Shown one piece after another: positions 20,501 through 28,574 of a stretch of DNA of 32,000 bases. The position numbers and the translations under genes were made by a program. The notes under the pieces were generated by a model. It was not told the DNA's origin. It saw nothing but the letters and a program-made list of their open reading frames with translations, and made no database searches. The stretch lies in assembly GCF_000195955.2 (NCBI RefSeq), contig NC_000962.3, positions 300,001 through 332,000 on the forward strand, read 5' to 3'. This stretch comes from Mycobacterium tuberculosis H37Rv (GTDB taxonomy: Bacteria; Actinomycetota; Actinomycetes; Mycobacteriales; Mycobacteriaceae). The stretch's first letter is position 1, and each line of letters begins with the position of its first letter.

Positions 20501-21154
20501 TCGGCGCAGCACCGGGGACAAGTAGGCGTCGACCACGGTGGTATCCCCGCGCGGGACCAGTTTCATCAGCGGGCTGACCTCAGATGACAACGAGATCTGG
20601 GCGAAGCCGATGCGCTGCGCCAGCGTACCGATTTCTCGCTCGTGTCCCGGGTAGAGGTAACTGTGCAGGCACACCACCGCGACCGCGCGGATTCCGTCCG
20701 CATGGGCCTGCCGCATCTTCTCGCCCAATGCCTCCAGGTCGGGTGCCCGCAGCACCCGGCCGTCGGCTGTGACCCGTTCATCGACCTCGACGACCCGCTC
20801 ATAAAGCATCTCGGGCAACACGATCCGCCGGTCGAAGATGCGCGGACGATTCTGGTAGGCGATGCGCAGGGCGTCGCCGAAACCGCGGGTGATCACCAGC
20901 AGTGTGCGCTCACCCGTGCGCTCGAGCAACGCATTGGTCGCCACCGTGGTGCCCATCCGCACCGCGTCGACGCGCGTGCCCGCCTCGCCGTTCGCTAGCA
21001 GCGCACGGATGCCGGCCACCGCGGCGTCGCGATAGCGTGCCGGGTTGTCCGACAGCAGCTTGTGGGTCAGCAGCCGTCCGTCCGGCCGGCGCGCCACAAC
21101 GTCGGTGAACGTGCCACCCCGGTCGACCCAGAAGTGCCACCCCGCGCCAACCAC
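17525..21154 (-). CDS. oplA: 5-oxoprolinase/hydantoinase, fused A and B domains (1209 aa; Rv0266c-like)
   Basis: [52 protein letters not shown] (HyuA) and [38 protein letters not shown] (HyuB). Start is GTG. Confidence 0.96.
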   Translation of the reverse strand: MVGAGWHFWVDRGGTFTDVVARRPDGRLLTHKLLSDNPARYRDAAVAGIRALLANGEAGTRVDAVRMGTTVATNALLERTGERTLLVITRGFGDALRIAYQNRPRIFDRRIVLPEMLYERVVEVDERVTADGRVLRAPDLEALGEKMRQAHADGIRAVAVVCLHSYLYPGHEREIGTLAQRIGFAQISLSSEVSPLMKLVPRGDTTVVDAYLSPVLRRYINQVADQMRGVRLMFMQSNGGLAQAGHFRGKDAILSGPAGGIVGMVRMSALAGFDHVIGFDMGGTSTDVSHYAGEYERVFTTQVAGVRLRAPMLDIHTVAAGGGSILHFDGSRYRVGPDSAGADPGPACYRGGGPLCVTDANVMLGRIQPTHFPSVFGPSGDQPLDAGTVRRGFTDLAADIAARTGDDRSPEQVAEGYLRIAVANMANAVKKISVQKGHDVTRYALTTFGGAGGQHACAVADALGIRTVLIPPMAGVLSALGIGLADTTAMREQSVEIPLGPAAPQRLASVAESLERAARAELLDEGVPGERIRVVRRVHLRYEGTDTAIPVQLAEIETMATAFESSHRALYTFLLDRPLIAEAISVEATGLTDQPDLSQLGDQANDTTGSSETVRIYSNGLWRDAPLRRREAMRPGDVLTGPAIIAEANATTVVDDGWQATMTETGHLLAQRVVTPPRPDAATRAGFEAGFEADPVLLEIFNNLFMSIAEQMGFRLEATAQSVNIRERLDFSCALFDPDGNLVANAPHIPVHLGSMGTTVKEVIRRRLSGMKPGDVYAVNDPYHGGTHLPDITVITPVFNTGGEDVLFFVASRGHHAEIGGITPGSMPADSREIHEEGVLFDNWLLAENGRFREAETRRLLTEAPFGSRNPDTNLADLRAQIAANQKGVDEVGKMIDHFGRDVVAAYMRHVQDNAEEAVRRVIDRLDNGAYRYRMDSGATIAVRITVDRAARSATIDFTGTSAQLDTNFNAPTSVVNAAVLYVFRTLVADDIPLNDGCLRPLRIVVPEGSMLAPTHPAAVVAGNVETSQAITGALFAALGVQAEGSGTMNNVTFGNERHQYYETVGSGSGAGDGYHGASVVQTHMTNSRLTDPEVLEWRYPVLLREFAVRQGSGGAGRWRGGDGAVRRLEFTEPMTVSTLSGHRRVRPYGMAGGSPGELGRNRVERADGSTVELAGCGSTHVEPGDTLVIETPGGGGYGPASTSARRRR

Positions 21155-21330
21155 CCGGACTCCCCCTTCACGCTCGCAGCCGGTCCCGTCCTCACAACGG
21201 CAGACGGGCCGAAGCCACCTAAAGGTATCTCCGCTGTAACAGCGCGCATCCGGGCCGGTAACAGGGTCTCTTTAGCGTCGAGCCGTCATTACCGCTGATG
21301 TCGCCCGCTTGTCGACAGGAGACCTAACCG

Positions 21331-22722
21331 ATGGCACTCACCACCGCCCCGGCAATCGATTATGCGCTGCCACGCCAGCAGGATGAGGGCGATCACTGGA
21401 TCGACGACTGGCGCCCGGAAGACCCGGTGTTCTGGGAGACGATCGGCAGGCCGATCGCCCGCCGTAACCTGATCTTCTCCATCTTCGCCGAGCACGTCGG
21501 CTTCAGCGTGTGGATGCTGTGGAGCATCGTGGTTGTCCAGATGACCGCCGCCGCTCCCGGGCACCCCGCCGCGTCCGGCTGGGCGCTGTCCGCCAGCCAG
21601 GCCCTATGTTTGGTCGCCGTCCCCAGCGGTGTCGGGGCGTTCCTCCGGCTGCCGTACACCTTCGCGATCCCGATCTTTGGTGGCCGCAACTGGACGACCG
21701 TCTCGGCGGCGCTGCTGGTGATCCCGTGCCTGCTGCTGGCTTGGGCGGTGAGCCACCCTTCCCTGCCGTTCGCGGTGTTGGTGGTGATCGCGGCCACCGC
21801 CGGTTTCGGTGGCGGCAACTTTGCCTCATCGATGGCCAACATCTCGTTCTTCTACCCGGAGAAGGACAAGGGTTGGGCGCTGGGCCTGAACGCGGCCGGA
21901 GGCAACATCGGGGTGGCGGTGGTGCAGAAGATCATTCCGCCCATCGTGGTCGCCGGCAGTGGGGTGGCACTGTCGCGTGCCGGACTGTTCTTCGTGCCCT
22001 TGGCCGTCGCCGCCGCGGTGTGCGCATTCCTGTTTATGAACAACCTCACGGAGGCCAAGGCCGATGTGAAGCCGGTGTGGCAGTCGCTGCGGCATGCCGA
22101 CACCTGGATCATGTCGCTGCTGTACATCGGCACCTTTGGGTCGTTCATCGGGTATTCGGCGGCCTTCCCGACGTTGCTCAAGACCGTGTTTGGCCGTGGT
22201 GACATCGCGTTGGGTTGGGCCTTCCTCGGCGCGGGCATCGGTTCCCTGGTCCGTCCGCTGGGCGGCAAGCTCGCCGACCGGATCGGCGGTGCGCGGATCA
22301 CCGCGGCCAGTTTCGTCATGCTGGCGGCCGGGGCGGCTGCGGCGTTGTGGTCGGTGCAGTCGGTCAATCTGCCGGTGTTCTTCGTCAGCTTCATGTTCTT
22401 GTTCGTTGCCACCGGCATCGGCAATGGTTCGAGCTACCGGATGATCTCGAGGATCTTCCAGGTCAAAGGCGAAGTCGCCGGCGGGGATCCGGAAACGATG
22501 GTGAACATGCGCCGACAGGCCGCCGGAGCGCTGGGCATCATCTCCTCGATCGGCGCGTTCGGCGGGTTTGTGGTGCCGCTGGCCTACGCCTGGTCGAAGG
22601 TGCACTTCGGCAATATCGAACCCGCCCTGCACTTCTACGTGGCGTTCTTCCTTGCCCTGCTCGTCGTCACCTGGTACTGCTACCTGCGTAGAACCACCCC
22701 CATGGGCCAGGTGGGGGTGTAG
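21331..22722 (+). CDS. narU: Nitrate/nitrite MFS transporter NarU (463 aa; Rv0267-like)
   Basis: WIDDWRPEDPVFWETIGRPIARRNLIFSIFAEHVGFSVWMLWSIVVVQM..., GFGGGNFASSMANISFFYP. AGGAGACC lies just upstream of the ATG. Confidence 0.94.
   Translation: MALTTAPAIDYALPRQQDEGDHWIDDWRPEDPVFWETIGRPIARRNLIFSIFAEHVGFSVWMLWSIVVVQMTAAAPGHPAASGWALSASQALCLVAVPSGVGAFLRLPYTFAIPIFGGRNWTTVSAALLVIPCLLLAWAVSHPSLPFAVLVVIAATAGFGGGNFASSMANISFFYPEKDKGWALGLNAAGGNIGVAVVQKIIPPIVVAGSGVALSRAGLFFVPLAVAAAVCAFLFMNNLTEAKADVKPVWQSLRHADTWIMSLLYIGTFGSFIGYSAAFPTLLKTVFGRGDIALGWAFLGAGIGSLVRPLGGKLADRIGGARITAASFVMLAAGAAAALWSVQSVNLPVFFVSFMFLFVATGIGNGSSYRMISRIFQVKGEVAGGDPETMVNMRRQAAGALGIISSIGAFGGFVVPLAYAWSKVHFGNIEPALHFYVAFFLALLVVTWYCYLRRTTPMGQVGV
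22695..22719 (+). terminator. Strong hairpin at the narU stop codon (CACCCCCA-N9-TGGGGGTG)
   Basis: Perfect 8-bp arms at 22695-22702 and 22712-22719; no U-tract. Confidence 0.5.
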
Positions 22723-22735
22723 TTAGCCCGGCGGC

Positions 22736-22753
22736 GGTCTCACGTTGTGAGCC
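22736..22753. terminator. Second hairpin in the convergent narU / TA-locus gap (GG(T)CTCAC-GTT-GTGAGCC)
   Basis: CTCAC (22739-22743) GTT GTGAG (22747-22751), flanked by GG/CC with one bulged base. Confidence 0.45.
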
Positions 22754-22763
22754 ACGCGCAAAC

Positions 22764-23021
22764 TCAGACTCTGCCGATGTCAACGCCCAGCTCGGCACCG
22801 AGCTTGTCCAGCGGCATGGTGACGTGCTCTCGCTCGTGCACGCTGAGCCGGTCGCGCAGGTCTTCAAGCTCTTCCATTAGGCTCTCGTAGCGCTCAGCTG
22901 AGATGAGGATGGCTGCGGGTCGGCCATGATTCATCAACACGACGTCATCGTCGGCGGATTCACGCACAAGCCTCGATAGGTGAGCGCGGGCTTCACTAAT
23001 AGGCACTAGACTGCTGGTCAT
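22764..23021 (-). CDS. Phd/YefM-type type II antitoxin (85 aa), the true coding part of the 169-aa ORF annotated as Rv0268c
   Basis: MTSSLVPISEARAHLSRLVRESADDDVVLMNHGRPAAILISAERYESLMEELEDLRDRLSVHEREHVTMPLDKLGAELGVDIGRV. ATG at 23021 is preceded by AAGGGGGG. Confidence 0.88.
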   Translation of the reverse strand: MTSSLVPISEARAHLSRLVRESADDDVVLMNHGRPAAILISAERYESLMEELEDLRDRLSVHEREHVTMPLDKLGAELGVDIGRV

Positions 23022-23280
23022 CGGTAGACCCCCCTTCGGTGTCCGACGCGAGTAACGGTGATGACACGCGCTGCGTCGTCGACGATGTAAACAACGCGAT
23101 AGTTGCCGAGGCGGATGCGGTAAGTGGTGTCGAAGCCACTCATCTTCTCGCAGCCACGCGGGCGCGGTTCGTCGGCGAGCGCGGCGACGGCGGTCAGATG
23201 CGCCGCTGGTCGTGGCGGTGCAGCCGTTGGATTGCTTTAGCTGCCGAGTTCTCGATTTCGACCGCGTACCCACTTGCCAT
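23018..23280 (-). pseudogene. RelE/ParE-superfamily toxin gene apparently disrupted by a 1-nt deletion (87 aa if repaired)
   Basis: Frame 1 reads MASGYAVEIENSAAKAIQRLHRHDQRRI then TGA (23194-23196). Shifting one base gives TAVAALADEPRPRGCEKMSGFDTTYRIRLGNYRVVYIVDDAARVITVTRVGHRRGVYR then TGA (23018-23020). The span of 263 nt is exactly one base short of 88 codons. Confidence 0.85.
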
Positions 23281-23337
23281 ACAAAAATGTACAGACTTCA
23301 GATGCATAATATAAGCGCTAATTTTGCCGACGCGCTC

Positions 23338-24531
23338 TCACCGCGGCCACGGGCTGTAGTCGGCGATCAGCTCCTCCTGCGGCGGGCGCTGGTCGGCCGG
23401 GACGTGCTGCAGGTTGATCCGGATCCGATACCAGATCGAACTCGGCCCGCGCATGCCGTCGACCAGCACATCGGCGGGCCGCAGCAAAGCCGCGGCGCCG
23501 GGATACCGGTCGCGCCAGATGTCCAACGCCGCCATCGCCTCGGCCCGCGTCTTGGCGCGGGCGATCTCGATCAGCGGCTTGGCGGATTGCGCCTTCTGCG
23601 GCGGACCCAGTTCCTCGGCCAGCATCAACAGCCGGTCGAGCCGGCCAACCGCGTCATCCATCCCGGCCCAGGGGTCACCGATGTCGGCCAACCGGCTGGG
23701 CACGGTGGCCATGGTGAACACCGCCGGGTCGCAGCCGGGCACCTCCTCCCAGTGCAGCGGCGTGGACACCCGGGCATCCGGGGTGGCCCGCACCGAGTAG
23801 GCCGACGCGACCGTGCGGTCCTTGGCGTTCTGGTTGAAGTCGACGAACACGCCCTCGCGTTCTTCCTTCCACCAACGACTGGTTGCCGCGTCGGGTAGGC
23901 GCCGTTCGACCTCACGCGCAACGGTCTGGGCGGCCAGGCGCACCTGGGGAAACGACCAGCAAGGCGCGATCCGGGCATAGACGTGAAAGCCCCGCGACCC
24001 GGACGTCTTCGGCCATGCGGTCAACCCGTAATCCTCCAGCACCTCCCGGACCACCAACGCGACCTCGACGACCCGCTGCCACGCGACCCCGGGCATCGGG
24101 TCCAAGTCCACCCGCAGCTCGTCGGGATGATCGAGGTCGCCGGCGAGCACCGGATGCGGATTGAGATCCACACACCCCAGGTTGATCACCCACGCCAGCC
24201 CGGCGGCGTCGTGAATGACCGCCTCCGCGGCGGAGCGGCCCGACGCATAGTGCAGCTCGGCCACGTCCACCCAGTCTGGCCGGTTTGCCGGTGCGCGCTT
24301 CTGAAACACCGCCTCGGCGGAGATGCCCTTGACGAAACGCTTGAGAATCATCGGCCGGCCGGCCACCCCGCGCATCGCCCCCTCGGCCACGGCGAGGTAA
24401 TAGCGGACCAGATCGAACTTGGTGTAGCCCTTTCGATCGTTGTGAGCGGGGAAGACGACCCTGCCCGGATGCGTGACGATGACCTGGCGTCCGTGCACGT
24501 CCAGCGACACCGGGGCGGCCATGCGGCTCAT
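23338..24531 (-). CDS. Stand-alone LigD-type polymerase/primase domain protein (PolDom, 397 aa; Rv0269c-like)
   Basis: RVVFPAHNDRKGYTKFDLVRYYLAVAEGAMRGVAGRPMILKRFVKGI...; LRVDLDPMPGVAWQRVVEVALVVREVLEDYGLTAWPKTSGSRGFHVYARI carries the DxD catalytic pair and SGSRGxHV motif of LigD PolDom. Confidence 0.92.
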   Translation of the reverse strand: MSRMAAPVSLDVHGRQVIVTHPGRVVFPAHNDRKGYTKFDLVRYYLAVAEGAMRGVAGRPMILKRFVKGISAEAVFQKRAPANRPDWVDVAELHYASGRSAAEAVIHDAAGLAWVINLGCVDLNPHPVLAGDLDHPDELRVDLDPMPGVAWQRVVEVALVVREVLEDYGLTAWPKTSGSRGFHVYARIAPCWSFPQVRLAAQTVAREVERRLPDAATSRWWKEEREGVFVDFNQNAKDRTVASAYSVRATPDARVSTPLHWEEVPGCDPAVFTMATVPSRLADIGDPWAGMDDAVGRLDRLLMLAEELGPPQKAQSAKPLIEIARAKTRAEAMAALDIWRDRYPGAAALLRPADVLVDGMRGPSSIWYRIRINLQHVPADQRPPQEELIADYSPWPR

Positions 24532-24566
24532 GGTAATTTGCGACCCGCCTCACATAGGGTGAGGTC

Positions 24567-26249
24567 ATGCCTAACCTCACTGATCTGCCCGGGCAGGCCG
24601 TCTCCAAGCTCCAGAAGTCCATCGGACAGTACGTCGCGCGCGGCACTGCCGAGTTGCATTACCTGCGGAAGATCATCGAATCGGGCGCGATCGGGCTGGA
24701 GCCGCCGCTGAACTACGCCGCGCTCGCAGCCGATATCCGCAAGTGGGGGGAAGTCGGCATGCTGCCGTCGCACAATGCCAGGCGCGCCCCCAACCGGGCG
24801 GCCGTCATCGACGAAGAAGGCACGCTCACGTTTTCCGAACTCGACGAGGCCGCACACGCGGTGGCCAATGGCCTACTGGCCAAGGGTGTCCGCGCCGGGG
24901 ACGGCGTCGCCATCTTGGCGCGCAACCACCGCTGGTTTGTCATCGCCAACTACGGGGCGGCCCGAGTGGGGGCCCGCATCATCTTGCTCAACAGCGAGTT
25001 CTCCGGCCCGCAGATCAAAGAGGTGTCGGACCGTGAGGGCGCCAAGGTGATCATCTACGACGACGAGTACACCAAGGCCGTCAGCTTGGCCCAGCCACCG
25101 TTGGGCAAGCTGCGGGCGCTTGGTGTCAATCCCGACGACGACAAGCCGTCGGGCAGCTCCGACGAAACGTTGGCCGAGCTGATTGCGCACAGCAGCACCG
25201 CGCCCGCCCCGAAGGCGAGCCGCCGTGCGTCGATCATCATTTTGACCAGCGGCACCACCGGCACCCCGAAGGGGGCGAACCGTAACACACCGCCGACGCT
25301 GGCTCCGATCGGCGGCATTTTGTCGCACGTGCCGTTCAAGGCCGGCGAGGTGACGCTGTTGCCGTCGCCGATGTTCCATGCGCTGGGTTACATGCACGCC
25401 GCGCTCGCCATGTTCCTGGGCTCGACGCTGGTGCTGCGGCGGCGGTTCAAGCCCGCGTTGGTGCTGGAAGACATCGAAAAGCACAAGGCGACATCCATGG
25501 TCGTTGTACCAGTGATGCTGTCGCGGATCCTCGACCAGCTGGAGAAAACCGAACCCAAGCCCGACTTGTCGAGCTTGAAGATCGTGTTCGTATCCGGATC
25601 GCAATTGGGTGCCGAGCTGGCCACCCGCGCGCTGGGGGACCTCGGCCCGGTCATCTACAACATGTACGGCTCGACCGAGGTCGCGTTCGCCACCATCGCC
25701 GGCCCCAAGGATCTGCAGTTCAACCCCAGCACGGTGGGGCCCGTCGTCAAGGGGGTGACGGTTAAGATCCTCGACGAGAACGGCAATGAGGTGCCGCAGG
25801 GTGCCGTTGGCCGGATCTTTGTGGGCAATGCCTTCCCGTTCGAGGGTTACACCGGCGGCGGTGGCAAGCAGATCATCGACGGCCTGTTGTCGTCCGGCGA
25901 CGTCGGCTACTTCGACGAGCGCGGCCTGCTGTATGTGAGCGGCCGCGACGACGAGATGATCGTCTCTGGTGGTGAGAACGTGTTTCCCGCCGAAGTCGAG
26001 GATCTGATCAGCGGGCATCCCGACGTGGTGGAGGCCGCCGCGATCGGCGTCGACGATAAGGAGTTCGGTGCCCGGCTGCGCGCGTTCGTGGTCAAGAAGC
26101 CGGGAGCTGACCTCGACGAGGACACCATCAAGCAGTACGTACGCGATCATCTTGCCCGCTACAAGGTGCCGCGGGAGGTGATCTTCCTCGACGAGCTACC
26201 GCGCAACCCCACCGGCAAGGTCCTCAAACGTGAGCTACGCAAGCTGTAG
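24567..26249 (+). CDS. fadD2: Fatty-acid-CoA ligase FadD2 (560 aa; Rv0270-like)
   Basis: AMP-binding motif IILTSGTTGTPKGANR; GSTEVAFATI; YFDERGLLYVSGRDDEMIVSGGENVFPAEVED. Confidence 0.96.
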   Translation: MPNLTDLPGQAVSKLQKSIGQYVARGTAELHYLRKIIESGAIGLEPPLNYAALAADIRKWGEVGMLPSHNARRAPNRAAVIDEEGTLTFSELDEAAHAVANGLLAKGVRAGDGVAILARNHRWFVIANYGAARVGARIILLNSEFSGPQIKEVSDREGAKVIIYDDEYTKAVSLAQPPLGKLRALGVNPDDDKPSGSSDETLAELIAHSSTAPAPKASRRASIIILTSGTTGTPKGANRNTPPTLAPIGGILSHVPFKAGEVTLLPSPMFHALGYMHAALAMFLGSTLVLRRRFKPALVLEDIEKHKATSMVVVPVMLSRILDQLEKTEPKPDLSSLKIVFVSGSQLGAELATRALGDLGPVIYNMYGSTEVAFATIAGPKDLQFNPSTVGPVVKGVTVKILDENGNEVPQGAVGRIFVGNAFPFEGYTGGGGKQIIDGLLSSGDVGYFDERGLLYVSGRDDEMIVSGGENVFPAEVEDLISGHPDVVEAAAIGVDDKEFGARLRAFVVKKPGADLDEDTIKQYVRDHLARYKVPREVIFLDELPRNPTGKVLKRELRKL

Positions 26250-26265
26250 CTGCTCGCGCGGGTAC

Positions 26266-28461
26266 TTACGGGTCGCGGGGTAGGCCCAGCAACCGCTCGG
26301 CGATGATGTTGAGCTGGACCTCCGACGTGCCCCCGTAGATGGTGGTGGCCCGGCTGGCTAGCAGGTACTCGCCCCACTTGCCGGGCAATCGCTCTGTGTC
26401 GCCGATCACCGCATCGGTGCCAAAGGACGACACCGCGAATTCGGCATAACCCTGGCCGGTGCGCATGGACAACAGCTTGGAGATCGCCGCCGGCGCCATC
26501 GGGTCACCCCCGGCCAGCGTCAACAGCGTGGAGCGCAAGTTGAGCAGCTTGGTGGCGTGGCCCTCGGCGATCAATTGCCCGGCACGGTGTCGCGCGACCT
26601 GGTCGAACTGTCCTTCGAAACGGTAATCGCGAACGAAGTCGACGAACTCGCCCAGGGTGGGGAGGAAGGTCGAATCGCTGCCGCCGATCGACACCCGCTC
26701 GGCCGTCAGGGTGTTGCGGCTGACCTCCCACCCCCGGTTCACCTCCCCGAGCACCAACTCGTCGGGGACGAACACGTCGTCGAGGTAGACGGTGTTGAAA
26801 AACTCCTTACCCGTGAGCTCGCGCAGCGGCTTCACTTGTACGCCTTCGCTTTTCATGTCCAGCAGGAAGTAGGTGATGCCGTTGTGCTTGGGCGCCGACG
26901 GGTCCGTCCGCGCCAGCAGCGCACCCCATTGGGAGTACTGCGCGCCGGTGGTCCAGATCTTCTGACCAGTGATGCGCCAGCCACCGTCGACCCGGGTGGC
27001 CTTGGTTGCCAGGCTAGCCAGGTCCGATCCCGCGCCCGGCTCGGAGAACAGCTGGCACCAGAAAATGTCGCCTCGGAACGTTGGCGGCAGGAGGCGCTGC
27101 TTCTGATTGTCGGTTCCGAACGCGACGATCGACGGCACGATCCACGTCGCGATGGCAATCTGCGGCCGCTTGACCCGCCCGGCGGTGAACTCCTGGGCGA
27201 TGATGATCTGCTCGACCGGGCTGGCGGCCCGACCCCACGGCTTGGGCAGATATGGCAGCACCCACCCACCTTCGGCGATCGCGACAGTGCGCGGCTCTCG
27301 CGGCATCGCCTTCAGCGCGGCGACTTCGGCCCGGATCTGGGCCCGCAGCTTCTCGGTAGAGGGGTCCAGGTCGATGTCTACCGGACGCATACCGGCAGTC
27401 GTCGCGGTGTCCACCACCCGCTGCGGATACTCCGAGCCGCGGCCAAAGCACGCGGCCAGCATCAACGCCCGGCGGTAGTAGACGTTCGTGTCATGCTCCC
27501 AGGTGAAGCCGATGCCGCCGTGCACCTGAATGCAGTCCTGCGTGCAGCGCTGAGCGGTCGCCGGTGCCAGCGTCGCCGCCACCGCCGCCGCGAATTCGAC
27601 GTCGGAGCTAGATTCGCCCGCGTCGTCTAAGGCTCGCGCCGCGTCCCACACCGCGGCGGTGGCCCGCTCGGTGTCAGCGATCATCTCGGCGCACTTGTGC
27701 TTGATCGCCTGGAATTGCCCGATCGGCCGGCCGAATTGTTCGCGGATCTTGGCATATGCCGACGCGGTGTCGGTCGCCCACCGCGCGACGCCAACGGCTT
27801 CAGCGGACAGCAGGGTGGACATCAGCGCGTGAGCGGTCGTCATCGTGAGGTTGCTCAGCAGGGCGTCGTCGCTGACGTCGACCGCGTTGGCCCGAACATG
27901 CGCGATGGGCCGCAACGGATCCAGGCTCTTGACCGCTTCGATCTCGAGCTGATCGTTGCGCAGTACAACCCACTCGTCACGGCTTTCGATGGCCACCGGT
28001 AGCACCAGAACGGAGGCTTGCGCCGCGGCCGGAACCGCGCGGACTTCGCCCCGGATCACCAGCACGTCGCCATGGCGGGTGGCGGTCAGCCCGGAATCTA
28101 GCGCGTAGGCGGCGATGGCCGCACCGGTTGCCAGTTCGGCGAGGACTTTGGCTTGCGGATCATGGGCTGCGATCAGCGCGCTGGCGATCGCCGACGGCAC
28201 GAACGGCCCGGGCACGGCGCCGTAGCCGAACTCGGCAAGCACCACCGCTAGCTCGAGGATGCCGAAACCCTGGCCGCCGACCGACTCGGCCAGATGCACA
28301 CCCTGCAAGCCTTGTTCGGCCGCGGCCTGCCAGTAAGGCGGCGGGTTTTCGACCGGTGATTCTAGCGCCGCGTGCAGCACCTCGGACGGCGCTACCCGCG
28401 CCACCAGGGAACGCACCGAATCGGCCAGCTCATAATGCTCAGGAGTAATAGCGATCGACAT
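26266..28461 (-). CDS. fadE6: Acyl-CoA dehydrogenase FadE6 with two tandem ACAD units (731 aa; Rv0271c-like)
   Basis: First unit ends ...CIQVHGGIGFTWEHDTNVYYRRAL. Second unit has SEPGAGSDLASLATKATRVDGGWRITGQKIWTTGA...EVQLNIIAERLLGLPRDP. Start taken at 28461 rather than the track start 28497. Confidence 0.94.
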   Translation of the reverse strand: MSIAITPEHYELADSVRSLVARVAPSEVLHAALESPVENPPPYWQAAAEQGLQGVHLAESVGGQGFGILELAVVLAEFGYGAVPGPFVPSAIASALIAAHDPQAKVLAELATGAAIAAYALDSGLTATRHGDVLVIRGEVRAVPAAAQASVLVLPVAIESRDEWVVLRNDQLEIEAVKSLDPLRPIAHVRANAVDVSDDALLSNLTMTTAHALMSTLLSAEAVGVARWATDTASAYAKIREQFGRPIGQFQAIKHKCAEMIADTERATAAVWDAARALDDAGESSSDVEFAAAVAATLAPATAQRCTQDCIQVHGGIGFTWEHDTNVYYRRALMLAACFGRGSEYPQRVVDTATTAGMRPVDIDLDPSTEKLRAQIRAEVAALKAMPREPRTVAIAEGGWVLPYLPKPWGRAASPVEQIIIAQEFTAGRVKRPQIAIATWIVPSIVAFGTDNQKQRLLPPTFRGDIFWCQLFSEPGAGSDLASLATKATRVDGGWRITGQKIWTTGAQYSQWGALLARTDPSAPKHNGITYFLLDMKSEGVQVKPLRELTGKEFFNTVYLDDVFVPDELVLGEVNRGWEVSRNTLTAERVSIGGSDSTFLPTLGEFVDFVRDYRFEGQFDQVARHRAGQLIAEGHATKLLNLRSTLLTLAGGDPMAPAAISKLLSMRTGQGYAEFAVSSFGTDAVIGDTERLPGKWGEYLLASRATTIYGGTSEVQLNIIAERLLGLPRDP

Positions 28462-28510
28462 TGCTCGCCTTCCCATGCTGTTGGACGTTTCGGCCAAGCA
28501 CCTTCCAAGC

Positions 28511-28534
28511 TAACAACCGGTGGGTCGGTTATTA
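28511..28534. promoter_or_regulatory. 24-bp imperfect palindrome upstream of fadE6 (candidate operator)
   Basis: TAACAACCGGTGGGTCGGTTATTA: 8 of 12 symmetric positions pair (outer arms TAAnAACCG/CGGTTnTTA). Confidence 0.5.
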
Positions 28535-28574
28535 ACGTTGGCTAGCGGATGGCCGGCGAAATGGGTGAGAACAC

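Noticed and set aside
21510-22202. 230-aa plus ORF within narU
   Set aside because: Alternative frame of the well-supported MFS transporter; no independent evidence.
22764-23273. 169-aa ORF taken at face value as one protein
   Set aside because: The N-terminal 84 aa are out-of-frame Arg/His-rich sequence lying over a better-supported RelE-like frame. Only the region from ATG 23021 has protein-family character.
24873-26150. 425-aa minus ORF
   Set aside because: Fully antisense to fadD2, whose protein has multiple adenylation motifs. Typical high-GC mirror ORF.
26557-27630. 357-aa plus ORF
   Set aside because: Antisense to fadE6; shadow ORF with no domain.
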